Source: Octopus bimaculoides
Taxonomy: Eukaryota
DNA length: 64,000 bases
Direction of reading: 5' to 3'
Assembly (NCBI RefSeq): GCF_001194135.2
Contig: NC_068989.1
Location: 5,117,576 to 5,181,575, forward strand
Shown here: positions 26,331 through 39,322 of the stretch, piece by piece
Layout: each line of letters opens with the position of its first letter
How positions within the stretch are numbered: the first letter of the stretch is position 1
Notes under the pieces: model-generated
Database searches by the model: none
Seen by the model: only the letters and a program-made list of their open reading frames with translations
What the model was told of the DNA's origin: nothing
Program-made: the position numbers and the translations under genes

Positions 26331-27971
26331 GTTGTTGCTTAAATGTTAATGGGTTATGTAAGTAAGAAAGATAGATTAGTGTTAGGATTTGTCTCATCAA
26401 CATAACACCACAAAACTAGAGCTTAAACACCAGCATGCACATGTGCACACACACACAAACACACACTGAAAAAGCAGAGTCTCCACAGACACACGTATTC
26501 TTAACATAGTTCTGAGGGAGATTTAGCGTGACACAGAATATGACAAGACTGGTCCCTTTGAATTACAGGTACAACTCATTTTTGCTAGATGTGTGGACTG
26601 GAGCAACGTTAAATAGAGTGTCTTGCTTAAGGACATAATATGTTGCCAGGAACCGAACTCATGACCGTATGAGCATGAGCCAAATACCTCAGCCACTAAG
26701 CCACAGGCCTGTGTGTGTGTGTGTGTGCACCTGTGTGTGTGTGTGTGTGTGTGCGCGCCTGTGTGTGTGTGTGTGTGCGCCTGTGTGTGTGTGTGTATGT
26801 GTGTGTGTATGAGTGCATGCCATGTACATGCATGTGTGTGTTCCCCAACACTTGACAAAAGGGTTGGTTTGTTTATGTTCCTGTAACTTAGCAGTTTGGC
26901 AGAAGAGCACACAATAGAATATGTACTACATTCTAAAAATAAATAAATACCAGTTGGTGATGATTTGTTCAAGTTAACCCTTCAAGTTGGTGGTGCCCCC
27001 AACATGACTGAAACCGAAAAAAAAAAAGGCTATAACAGAGACACACAGACACACACAATGGCTACTTGATCCACTTAACTTCAACCAAAATGTTTATGTT
27101 TCTACCTAAGATAAGCTCAATTGTTGACACTTTGCTTGCCCTACTTCTCCAGTCTGACCTCAAAAGTACCATTCTCCTGCCAGGAAAGAAATGACAAACA
27201 AATAAACCCAGCAGCAGAATTTGCAGCTTTCCCAACCCAAGACCTATCCAAAGCTGGTAAGTGGAGTGCAAGTTAATTCTCCTCGCCATAAAATATCACC
27301 TGAAAATCCTAGAGAGAGAGACAGAGAGAGAACTACAAAGCTAACCATTAAAAACAGCAACAGTGACAGATATTGTAAGGTAGCACTGGTGCACTACAGA
27401 TTGTTTCTAAATGAACTGAATTACATAAAAAAAAACACAATAAAAAAGCAAACCTTCAGCTCTTACTGCTCTGTTCTACCACCTTCTCCCTTTCTGCCGG
27501 GACTGAATAATAACAATAATCTTTTCTACTATAGGCACAAGGCCTGAAATTTGGGGTTGGGGAATAGGGGCTGCTTTGAGATCCCATAAAAAATGTTTAT
27601 CCACCAGTATAGTGTTGAGCACTCATTTTCATCGTTTAATATTAGCATATGTCTCTCTCCCTCTCTCTCTCTATATATATATGGAACCATTAAGTACTCA
27701 AAACATGTCCTTGTATAGTCCCAGATCTTAGTCATGACTAAGCAAATCTATGCCATGTAGATGCAGGTTAATCAGCCAAATGGCTTGTGTAACTCACAGA
27801 TGTGTCGGTCCAGTTATGCTAACGCCTACACTGTGTTGAGGACCAACGAAATTGTATGTTCTACCAACCATATTACATGTTTGGTAACAGAAAAGCACAC
27901 GGGGTGCAGTGTAACTGCTGGACATTGCTATAATCCTTTGTAGTCCTATCTATTTCTGTATGCCTGTGGTT

Positions 27972-28551
27972 GGCATGCGGCTTAGTGGTTAGGGTATTTG
28001 ACTCGTGATTGTGAAGCTGTGTGTTTGATTTCTGAGCAAGACACTTTTATGTCCAGCTGCTGCAGTCCTCTCAGTTGGCAAAAATGAGTTGTACCTGTAA
28101 TTACAGAGGGGCCAGCCTTCTCACATTCTGTGTCATGCTGAATCTTCTTGAGAACTATGTTAAGTGCACGCGAGCAAAATCACAGCCGTAGCAGAAACCA
28201 GTGTCACGCAAATTGGCACCTGTGCCAGTAGCATGTAAATGTACCCTGGTGTCACACAAATGGCACCTGTGCTGGTGGCACGTAAAGGCACCCATTACAC
28301 TCTCGGAGTGGTTGGCCTTAGGAAGGGCATCCAGCTGTAGAAAACCATGCCAAATCAGACTAGAGTCTGGTGCAGCCTTCCAGTGTGCCAGCCTGGTCAA
28401 ACTGTCCAACCCATGCCAGCATGGACAATGGACATTAAATGATGATGATGATGATGTGTCAGAAGAGTGCTCAGACACTTGATTTCACGAGGAGGCTGTT
28501 CTGCTGATTGGATCAACTGGAACCCTCACTGTTGTACCTGACAGAATGCCA
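27972..28551 (+). mobile_element. Family K SINE split by an RTE-tail insertion (28171-28456)
   Basis: 27972-28170 and 28457-28551 join into a sequence colinear with 61611-61297. Confidence 0.75.
28171..28456 (+). mobile_element. RTE-type 3' end element (5'-truncated LINE 3' UTR or RTE-dependent SINE)
   Basis: Ends CAACCCATGCCAGCATGGACAATGGACATTAAA(TGA)n. Paralogues at 46076-46322(-) and 49125-49411(+). Confidence 0.7.
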
Positions 28552-30899
28552 GTTTAGTCCCAGATAAGCACCGAACTGTTGGACCCATCCCTGCATGGAA
28601 CACAGATGCTAAATGATGATGATGCTGATGCTGATGAAGTTGTCAACATGCATGAATATTTAGGTGAGACTGAGGTATAATATATGTGTGTGTGTGTTTG
28701 TGTGTATACATAAGGGTACATCATGCAACTATCATTATGCATGAGATATGAAAGAATGAGACAAGCTTGTAGAATACATATAACTATGAGTACATAGACA
28801 TATATGTAAACAAATGCACACACACACACACACACACACTTGTGTGCGTATATATTTACATGGCGTATGTGAATACGGGCTGGTTGAGTAGCAAGAACAG
28901 CAGTGTAGAATCTCAAGAGATGAGAATTATGCATTTGGTATGGCATCTTCAAATAAAAGTAATTTTGGTTAAAACGGAGAAGAGGGTAGCGGAGGTAGTG
29001 CATGTGGTGGAGAGGTTATGAAACTAAGAAGGCAGTGAAGTAAAGAGGTTGGAAGTAACAGTGGTGGTGATGGTGGTGGTGGTGGTGGCAAGGTTAAAAA
29101 AACTAAACAAAAAAACCCTCAACAAAAAACTAAACGCCATTATGATGACGATGATGGTGATGATGTTGGTGGCGGTGATACCAGTATACTTACATTTACT
29201 ATACATTAAGTAAAAGTAAATGATAGTGTTGTGAGTAGAAGGCAACACACTAAATCTGAGTTGTAAAAGAAAAATATAAACAATAATATAAATACACACA
29301 CACACACACACACATCTATCCATACAGACACACACATAAATACATACATATATGCACATATTTACACACCCAAATATGCACACACATACATACGTATACA
29401 CATAAATTCTCCAGAGATTTACAGAAGTAAACTAAGTACTTTATAAAAAAGGAAGCAGGAGAAAAATAAATACATAAAAAAAAAAAACGAAATGAAGATT
29501 TTAGTGACATTCAGTAAACAGTGAACAAAGAGAGAAAGAACAAGCAATGTTGTTGTTGATGTTGTTTGCTGACCAACCCTTCTTGATTTCAGTGTCACCA
29601 TCTTTATTTAGTGTCCACTTTTCCATGCTTTCATGGGCCAGACAGAATTTATTGAGGCAGACTTTTCTATGGCTGGATGCCCTTACTGTCACCAACCCTC
29701 ACCTGTTTCCAAGCAAGGTAATACTTCCCCATGGCCAGACACGTTTTTCACAGACAACTGGAAGCAAATAACATACATCACTTGCATGATGGTAATGCTC
29801 ATTTATAACCATCATATGATGTCTATACATGGGTACATATGTACCCCCATAGATACACATACATCCATAGACATCATCATTATCAGCATTTAACCCTTTT
29901 GGTACCAGCCTGCCTGGAACCACCTCTGGCTCTGTGGTACAAATGTCTTGTTTTCATAAGTTTTGAATTAAAATCTTCCACCAAGCCTTAGTCACAACTC
30001 CTGTCAAACCATCCGACCCATGCCAGCAATAGATGATGCTGATAATGATGCCTGTCCATGTATGTCTCTGTACATATGTCCCAGTATGTGTGTGTGTATG
30101 TGTACAGGAATATATGTATCCTTGCTTAGACATCGCGTGATGGTTCTAACAAGCATCACAATCATACAGGCGATGTGGTTCATTTCCAGTCCTCTATGAA
30201 AAACACGTCTGGCCACTGGGGAAATATTACCTTGTTTAGAAACAGGTGAGGGTTGGTGACAGGAAGAGCATCCAGCTCTAGAAAAATCTGCTTCAACAAA
30301 TGGAAAAGCATGGAAAAGTGAACACTAAATAATGATGATGATAAACCACAATGGAATCTTTCATATATTGATTCAACACAGAAAAAGGATGGCTTCCAAC
30401 TGCCCTCACTGAAAAGATTGGGACTCAGAACTAAAATTACACAACATTTCTGCAACCTACAGAAAGTGGCCAACTGTACTACTTCTCCAGGAGAGCTATT
30501 TACACACAGTGTTTCCTATTTAATAAACTTGCCTCTCCTCTTATTAATTAATAAATAAGTTGTCATGTATTTAAGGTGGGGAGATCAAAACATTAACTAA
30601 AAATAATTATATGGTGAGGAAACAACAATATTAGTCACTCACTAAATATTGTTTTTATTAAATCCACAAGGTGCAGGCATGGTTGTTTGGTTAAGATGCT
30701 CACTTAGCAACCACATTGTTTTGGTTTCAGTCCCACTGTGCAGCACATTGGCAAGTGTCTTTTACTATAGCCCCCTACCATGTTATCTTGGGATCATTCC
30801 CATTGCTAGGCACTTTGGACAAGTGTCTTCCTGTAAGGCTCGGGTTGAGCAAAATCTTTTTTGAATGAATCTGGAAGATGGAAATTGAAAGAAGTCCAT

Positions 30900-31215
30900 C
30901 ATATATGGCTCAGTGGTTAGAGCGTTGGTCTCACAATCATGAGGTAGCAAGTTTGCTTCCCAGACTGGGCTCTCTGTGTTGTTTTCTTGAGCGAGACACT
31001 TTATTTCAAGTCGCTCCAGTTCACTCAACTGTAGAAATGAGTTGTGACATCAGTGGTGCCAAACTGAATCAGCGCCTTTACTTTTCCCTTGGATAACATT
31101 GGTGGTGTGGAGAAGGGGAGGCTGGTATACATGAGCGACTGCTGGTCTTCCATGAACAACCTTGCCACCTCAGAGGGTAACTTTCTAGGAGCAATCCCAT
31201 AGTCATTCATGACCG
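30900..31215 (+). mobile_element. Family K-type SINE with a different 3' half
   Basis: TGGCTCAGTGGTTAG head and CTCCAGTTCACTCAACTGTAGAAATGAGT centre, followed by an unrelated tail. Confidence 0.7.
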
Positions 31216-32825
31216 AAGGGGTTATTTACCATGTGTGTGTGTGTGTGTGTGTGTATGCATGTACATGTACCATAGTCTTAACATTATTTTATGGTTGTAA
31301 ATGAGCATCACTGTTGTACAGGTGTTGTTTTGTTTCTAGTCTTATATGAAAAAACATGTCTGGCCATGGGAAAAATACTACCTTGCTTGGAAACAGGTGA
31401 GGGTTGGTGACAGGAAGGGCATCTGGCTGTAGAAAAATATCTACCACAAGCAAATTCTGTCTGATCTATGCAAGCATGGAAAAGTAGCCGTTAAATGATA
31501 ATGATGAAGATGATAACCCTGGAAGGTGATACGGTTTAAATCAACTTCAGTAAAACTGGGACTTACAACCAACCCTTCAATAAGCTAAGATTGGTGACCT
31601 ATGAGATGAGCACAAGTGTTCAATATTCCAGATTAAAAGAAGACTTACCTTGATTAACCAGGTAGTCAATAATAACATTACTTACACACATACATATATG
31701 CATACGTACACACATACAAGTAGTAGTGGTAGTAGTAGTAGTAGTGGTAGTAGTAGTAGTAGTTACCTAGTTTAACTCTCACCTCCCAGGCTCTTTAAGT
31801 TAGTAAAATCTCACCTATAAATCATTACATATCCAAGTGAAAAGAAGAGGAAAAAACCCCCAAAAGACAAAAGTGGTAGGTTTTCATGTTATGCCTGACT
31901 GTTGTCATTTACATCAGAGTCTGTTCATGAGAGAGAGGGAAAGAGAGGGAAGGAAGTTGATAAGAAGAAAAAAAAAAAAAGAGAGATAAGTTGAGTGGGG
32001 TCAACGGGGGGGGGGGGAATTGGTTGTGTAGAAACAGCTAATCTACATTGTATAAGGTGTAAGAGGTTGGTGGGTGTATAAGCAGTAGAATTATATATAC
32101 ATTGCTGTATTTATCCCCCTACTGTCAAGGAGGCACAGCTGGTTCAATTAGATATGGTGACAGACTTCCAGTCTGTGGTCAGGAGCTTGTAGGAGGTTGC
32201 TAGAAATAATAGCTAAATCTTCCTCAACTTGCATTATCTTCTTAAGAGGACATACTGGAAGTTGGAGTTTTTGGAAAGAAATTTGTTCACTTTTAAATTT
32301 TCAATTCTTGTATTTTCATTGCTTTTTAACAACTTTTGTATTTTGGTCATTTTTAACATACACACACAACTGTAACTTAGAAATAAGTAAATTATGTGAA
32401 GTATGGTGGTTGTGTGGTAAGAAGTTTGCTTCCCAACCACATGGTTTTGGGTTCAGTCCCACAGCATGGCCACAGACTAATGACTGAAACAGGTCAAAGA
32501 AAAAAATAAAAGACATGTTTAATAATTGTCTCAAATTTTCACACAAAGTGAACAGTTTTGAGGGGAAGGGGCAAGTGAAGACCTTTAATCCCAGTACTTG
32601 ACTGGTACTTGATTTTGTTAACCCCCTACCCTCACCCCGAAAGGACGAAAGGTAAAGTTGATGTTGGCAGGATCACTGAACAATTGTTACTGATGTTTGC
32701 TACAATATTTATCAGTTTCCAGTCAGCTTTGCTCTAGATTTTAAAAACTTATCTATCATCCCCACCCAGCACCAACTAAGACTGTAGTCCTAGATACATT
32801 AAGCCTGAGAAAATAGAATATTATT

Positions 32826-33222
32826 GTGTGTTGTGCATGGCTAAGAAGATTGTTTCCCAACCATGTGGTCTTCGTTTCAGCTCCACTTGGGCAAGTGTCT
32901 TCTACTATAACCCCAGGTCAATCAATGCCTTGTGAGTGGATTGGATAGACAGAAGATCAAAGCCCATCCTGTGTGTGTGTGTGTGTTTGTGTACTCTTGT
33001 CTTGACATCATTTGGCAATTGTAAATGAGCATCACTGTCATGCAAGCAGTGTTGTTTGTTTCTGGTCTTCCATGGGAAACACGTCTGGCCAAGATGAAAT
33101 ATCTTGTTTGGAACAGATAAAGGTTGATGACAGGATGGGCATCTGGCCATAGAAAAAAAACCTGCCACAATGAATTCCACCTGAGTAAAGCAAGCACAGA
33201 AAAGGACATATGATGATGATGA
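32826..33222 (+). mobile_element. Family A head/body with type 2 tail, near full length
   Basis: Continuous head, body and type 2 tail ending in (GAT)n. Confidence 0.75.
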
Positions 33223-34251
33223 TTATACAACTGCAAGTTTCCAGTAAAAAAAGACACAGACACACATTTACCTGTCGTTGGAGGGAACACAATATACTTA
33301 GTTGCTATACTGGGTAAAATGGACACCTGTAAGTAACAGTGTAATGGGGAACACACACACACAGAATGACTGTAGGATACACAATCCTGTGCATTAAAAG
33401 AATGAAGAGTAGCCATAGACACACACACACACACACAGCTGTGTTCCTATTTCCACTTGACTTTTATCTCTGATAAATTGTCTCTCTAGGGGGCTGTGAC
33501 ACATTTAGTCCTTAATCTAATCTAAATATAGGTACGGTATAATTAACACCCCTACCACTACCACTGGTACCTTACCCTTTTCTCCTCACCCCAAACAATC
33601 ACCTCAGCTAGCTTCATTCTTCATCTACCAACTTCTCTCTGCCTTTCATATTTACAACTTAATTTCTTTCTGTTGACATCACCTCTCCCCATTACTCTGA
33701 TCTTTCTCCCCACCTTCCTACTGGAGTATATAATAATAATAATAATGATGATGATGATGTTTTCTTTATTGGCCACAAGGGCTGAACAAATAGGGACAAT
33801 ACAACACAAGGAACAAATAGTATTTGGAACAATGTTGTGATAAATAACAATAAAATTAAACAATAAAAATTACCCAAAAGGGGATAGTTCCTTACAGGGA
33901 CAACTGAGGGACCCCACACATCCTGGTCACCCCAACTGCCAGGTGCACCTCAATAGGTGCCTCTCTCCTCAATTCCGCCGGTTTATAAGCAAAATTTTTT
34001 ATCTTTTGTTTAAATCATTGGACTGTGACCATGCTGGGGCACTGCCTTGAAGAACTTCTAGTTAAATGAATTGACCCCAGGACTTATTGTTTTTCTAAGC
34101 CTTGTACTTGTTCTATCAGTCTCCTTTGTTGAACTGGTAGGTTATGGGAATGTAAACACCAACACCGGCTGTCAAGCAGTGGTGGGGGACAATCACACAC
34201 GCACACACACGATGGGCTTCTTTCAGTTTCCTTGCATGAAGTCCACTCACA

Positions 34252-34500
34252 GTGGAGGTGCATGGCTTGGTGGTTAGCGTGTACAACTCATCATCGTAAG
34301 ATTGTGGTTTCAATTCCTGGACCGGGCAGTACGTTGTATTCTTGATCAAAACACTTCATTTCACATTGGTCCTGTCCACTCAGCTGGCGAAAATGAGTAA
34401 CCTTGAAATGAACCAGCATCCCGTCCAAAGATGACGTACACACCAGAGAAACTAGGAAACCAAACCTATGCTCTTTATAGGGTAATGTGATCTAACAAAA
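34252..34500 (+). mobile_element. Family K-type SINE with a third tail, nested in a family A copy with a 10-bp TSD
   Basis: Head TGGCTTGGTGGTTAG, centre CCTGTCCACTCAGCTGGCGAAAATGAGT; flanked by TCCACTCACA at 34242-34251 and 34501-34510. Confidence 0.75.
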
Positions 34501-34959
34501 TCCACTCACAAGGATCTTTTAAATCAGCTGAAAGCTAGAGCAGAAGCCACTTGCCCAAGGTGCCACACAGTGGGACCGAACCTGGAACCATGTAGTTGAG
34601 AAGGAAACTTCTTACCACACAGCCATGCCTGCACCTTATTTCCAAATAGTTATTAATTTCCAAAGTTAATTTCCAACTGAAACAAACAAACAAAAAAAAA
34701 CAAAAGAGCCCCAAAAGACAAATTGGGGTTTTAATATAAAAAGGTGGCAGTGGTGTAAGGTGGGGGTGACAAGGGTGATGGTAATGGGTGGTGAGTGGTT
34801 TTGGAACAAAACAACTTTGTTTATTGTTAATATCTCAAGAATTTGACTGTGTTCAAATAACTACTAGCTGTTATATAAAAGAGTGTGGGATTTGGTTTTT
34901 TTTTTGTCTGTTCTTTGTTGGGTTTTTTTTTCATTGCTTTTTATAGTTTCTATTGTTGT

Positions 34960-35600
34960 TGCTACTGCTATTATTGTTGTTGTTGTTGTCTTCAGAGTGA
35001 GACATACAGACAGATAGACAGACAGAGACAAAGATGGTATTATGGCAAAGAACTCCACAAAACCTGTCTTACAAATTTCGCTTCTGCTGCTACTGCCACT
35101 ACTGCTAGTGTATTGTAGTTTTGTATTCTGTGATAGGAAAAGTGTGTGGGGTGGGGTGGGGGTGAGAGGCTATAGTTGTAGTACAGGAGTGAAAGAGGGA
35201 GTGAATGAGATAAGAGAGAGAGATGAAGAAGAGTGGTGGCAAAGGAAGGTGGTTACAAGTTTGTTGGCTGGTTGATTGGTAGGTGATGTAATTAGGTTGT
35301 TTTGCCTTTGTGTTGATGATGATAATGATGTAATTATGTGGTGGTGGTGGATAACTGCAATGTGGTGTTGATAACATTGGTGGCTTGTTGTGAAGATAGC
35401 ACTGACTCGATAGAGATTACAGTTGTGATCTGTGGAGGTGGTGGTTGTGGTGATAGAAGTAGTGGCAGTGGTGGTGGTGGTAGAAGTAGTGGTGGTGGTG
35501 GTAGTGCTTGTGTGGAAATGAATTGGTTCTTGCATTAATAAGTGGTGGTGGTGGTTGTGTTGTAACAGTGGTAGGTGTAGTAGCAGTAGTACAGGTGGTG
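34960..35600. repeat. Low-complexity (GTT)n/(GGT)n/(GAT)n region
   Basis: Direct inspection; it accounts for the Thr/His/Gly-rich pseudo-ORFs. Confidence 0.8.
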
Positions 35601-35603
35601 GTT

Positions 35604-35710
35604 GTTGCTAACACAGTCTTACTGGGTGGTGGCTGTTGCTAGCATTCTTACACTGGGTGGTTCATGTTGCTAATATAATTATTCTGGGTGGTTCGTGTTG
35701 CTAATGTAAG
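35604..35710. repeat. 31-bp minisatellite, about 3.5 units
   Basis: GTTGCTA starts at 35604, 35635, 35666 and 35697; CTGGGTGGT is at the same offset in the three complete units. Confidence 0.85.
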
Positions 35711-35739
35711 TTAAGCATTGAACAAAACGTGGTATTTGC

Positions 35740-36400
35740 TTCAGATCTTATATATTCTGCTTTGAGATCCCACCAAGGTCAGCCTGAAGTTATAGTAGAA
35801 GACACTTACCCAAATTGCCAGCAGTGGGACGGAACCCGGAACCATGTGATTGGAAGGCAAACTTCTTACCATACAACCACACTTGTGCCTATATTATTAT
35901 TATTATTTTTTTTTTTAAATACTGTATCTAGTATTCTTTGTTCTTTTATTCTTTTAGTTGTGTCAGTTATTTGACTGTGGCCTTGCTGGAGCACTACCTT
36001 GACTGGTTTTTAGTCAAAAAATTTTTTTTCCTTTAAGGCTAGTACTTATTCCATTGATCACTTCTGCCGAACCACTAAGTTACAAGGAAGTAAACACACC
36101 AACACCAGTTGTCAAGCGGTGATGGGGTAACAAACACAGACACAAAAACATTCTTTTATTTTTTTACATGTTTCAGTCATTTGACAGCGGCCATACTGGA
36201 GCACCGCCTTTAGTTGAACACTTCGACCCCAGGACTTATTCTTTGTAAACCTAGTACTTATTCTATTGGGCACTTTTGCTGAACCGCTAAGCTATGGGGG
36301 ACATAAACACACCAACATCGAGTGATGGTGGAGGGGCAAATACAGACAGAAACACACACACAAACACACAAAAATGTATATATACATATATATATATACA
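35740..36400 (-). mobile_element. Three adjacent family A SINE pieces
   Basis: Head at 35740-35890; tails at about 35945-36150 and 36160-36400. Confidence 0.7.
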
Positions 36401-36414
36401 TACATAGCACAGAT

Positions 36415-36735
36415 TGATTAGATTTTGGGATCAATCCAGTTCTGGACAACGATTTTGGATAATTTTTCATTGTTTTTTTTACTTAACTTTTGAGAGCGGT
36501 CAGATTCATTTTTAGTATTCTTGTTTGTGAGAGCAGTTGAGTTTATTTCAGATATTCTCATTTTAAAAATCATCTCTGGCTAATCATTGGGAGGACATTG
36601 CTGTTGCCTTGGCGGAAAGTTTCATCTGAATCCATCCAGTGGTTCTTGAGATATTTTGTCCACAGACAAACAAACAAACAAACAAACACACAGGACAGAA
36701 AACAATACCTGTGCCTTCGCTAAGGTGGAGGTAAT
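36415..36735 (+). mobile_element. Helentron/HINE (DINE-1/Pearl)-like non-autonomous element
   Basis: Internal (CAAA)n tract and GC-rich terminal motifs CCTTGGCGGA / AAGGTGGAGGTAAT. About 160 bp are shared with 40295-40447. Family assignment is inferred. Confidence 0.45.
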
Positions 36736-36947
36736 AATCCTTTCTACTATAGGCACAAGGCCTGAAATTTGGAGGAGGGGTGGAGACTAGTCAATTACAT
36801 CGACCCTAGTGTTTCACTGGTACTTAATTTACTCACCCCGAAAGGATGAAAGGAGAAGTCAACCTCAGCGGAATTTGAACTCAGAACGTAGCAGCAGATG
36901 AAATACTACTAAGCATTTCACCCAGCTTGCTAACGTTTCTGCCAGCT
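36733..36947 (-). mobile_element. SINE family B, full length
   Basis: Tail ATCCTTTCTACTATAGGCACAAGGCCTGAAATTT through head GCTAACGTTTCTGCCAGCT. Confidence 0.85.
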
Positions 36948-37260
36948 ATAAGTGTCTTGGTTGGTAGTTGCAATAGTTGTTCTGACAATAGTGATGGTGA
37001 GGTGGATGATGATAAAAATGACATGAATAATGGTGGTGGTGGTGGTGGTTTTGATGGTGGTGAATGCGAAGATGGATATTGTATATGGTATATACAATAG
37101 CGGTGGAACTTTGGAATAAACTGACTGACTTTCTAGCTTGGATACCGAGACAAGATTTATTGACACATTTCCTCACATACATTCTCATTCTTCACTCCAA
37201 GAATAGATACAGAGAACAGACTAATTAGTCAGATGTGTGTGTGTGTGTGTGTGTGTGCGT

Positions 37261-37304
<44 letters not shown>

Positions 37305-37540
37305 ATGTCAATAGGAGAGGATCAACAGCACACACATACACACACAGACGAAAGAATGTGTGAGTGGTAAGGAGGATCATTCTGTGTCTCCATTTCTTTT
37401 CTTAACACTATTTATATTACTGAAAGCTTTGTGTCTTACAATTTTGTTTGCTTATACATACATACATACATACATACATACATACATACATACATACATG
37501 CATACATACATATGTATATATACGATGATGATAATGATGA

Positions 37541-37576
<36 letters not shown>

Positions 37577-37577
<1 letters not shown>

Positions 37578-37940
37578 GCACAGGAGTGGCTGTGTGGTAA
37601 GTAGTCTGCTTACCAACCACATGGTTCCGGGTTCATTTCCACTGCACGGCACCTTGGACAAGTGTCTTCTATTATAGGCTCGAGCTAACCAAAGCCTTGT
37701 GAGTGGATTTGGTAGATGGAAACTGAAAGAAGCCTGTCGTATGTGTGCGTGTGTTTGTCCCCCCAACATCGCTTGACAACCGATGCTGGTGTGTTCACAT
37801 CCTCATAACCTAGCGGTTTGGCAAAAGAGACCAATAGAATAAGTACTAGGCTTACAAAGAAAGTCCTGGGGTCAATTTGCTCGACTAAAGGCAGTGCTCC
37901 AGCATGGCCACAGTCAAATGACTGAAACAAGTAAAAGAGT
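37577..37940 (+). mobile_element. tRNA-derived SINE, family A, full length (tail type 1)
   Basis: Pol III A-box-like TGGCTGTGTGGTAAG and B-box-like GGTTCATTTCC; body GCACCTTGGACAAGTGTCTTCT...; tail CAGCATGGCCACAGTCAAATGACTGAAACAAGTAAAAGA. More than 20 related copies in the window. Confidence 0.85.
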
Positions 37941-38205
37941 ATATATATATGTTATAGGTGCAGGCATGATGGTGTGATTAATTAAGAAGGTAGTTTAGAA
38001 GGATTGAGTACTTCTTTTGCTGATCCTACTAACAAGGAAACAGTATAAACAAACACACATGCACACATACATACACTGTGTTGTGAGTGTGTATGTATAT
38101 TAAACACTTACAGACACTTGCACACATTATTTACAGGTATATCTGTATACACACACACAACGTACTTACTAAATGAAATAATAACAGTTATATTTGTTTC
38201 AGAAG

Positions 38206-38273
<68 letters not shown>

Positions 38274-38309
38274 GTGTATACATCTATGTATATATATGTG
38301 TATGCATAC

Positions 38310-38386
<77 letters not shown>

Positions 38387-38939
38387 AGTGTATGTATGTG
38401 TGTGTGTGTATGTATAACAGAAAGAACAACATATGTATTGCTGATAAAAGAATGTTACCAGCAGGGGTAAATGGCACTACCTGGCACTGCCGCTCTGTTT
38501 GGCAGCTGGCAATGAAATCACTTAACTGTTTATAGATAGGTCTTTAAGTAAAGAGATGTTTGTGGTTTGATGGAATCGGTTAAGGGGTAATTTTGTTCGT
38601 TCTTTTTCTTGTTTTGTTCATTTTTGGTTATTGCTGCTATTAATAACCTATATATATATTTTTCACTGCTAAATGTTATACAGGTATCTATTTGTGTCAA
38701 ACATGTGTTTGCATATATAAATAAATGCATGTGTGTTTGTGTATAAACCCCCTCTTCTTCATAAGGTAGCTTTTGAAGCTCAGCACTCACAAAATATGAA
38801 GCAATTCCACCCTGCCACCCATCGCAGAGTTGGGGTTCTTTGAAACTCAAAAGCAAGAATTGTTTGAGTTGTTAGTCTGTAGCCATGCTGGGGCACCACC
38901 CTGAAGAATTTTTAGTTGAATGAATTGATGATGATGATG

Positions 38940-39322
38940 ATGATAATCCTTTCTGTTATAGGCACAAGGCCTGAAATTTTGTGGAGAGGTGACCAGTCAA
39001 TTATATCAACCCCAGTATTCAACTGGTACTTATTTTATTGACCCTGAAAGGATGAAAGGCAAAGTCAATCCTGGCAGCATTTGAACTCAGAACATGAAGA
39101 CGTAATAATAATGATAATCCTTTCTACTTTAGGAACAAGCTGAAATTTGTGGGGAGGGGACTAGTTGATTACATCAACCTCAGTGTTTCACTGGTACATA
39201 ATTTAGCAACCCTGAAAGGCAAAGGTGATCGTGGTGTAATTTGAACTCAGAATGTAAAAACAGACAAAATGCCATTAAACATTTTTTCCAGAGTGCTAAT
39301 GATTCTGCCAGCTTGTTGCCTT
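38940..39322 (-). mobile_element. Two tandem family B SINEs
   Basis: Tail motif ATAATCCTTTCT repeated at about 38943 and 39113. Confidence 0.8.

Noticed and set aside
27153-27256. Plus-strand 104-bp candidate exon with good splice sites and one open frame
   Set aside because: No recognisable protein and no phase-compatible partner exon; such sites are expected by chance in 60 kb.
35604-35710. CRISPR-like appearance of the 31-bp array
   Set aside because: Eukaryotic context, no cas genes, only 3 units, and the variable part is 11 nt; kept only as a minisatellite.
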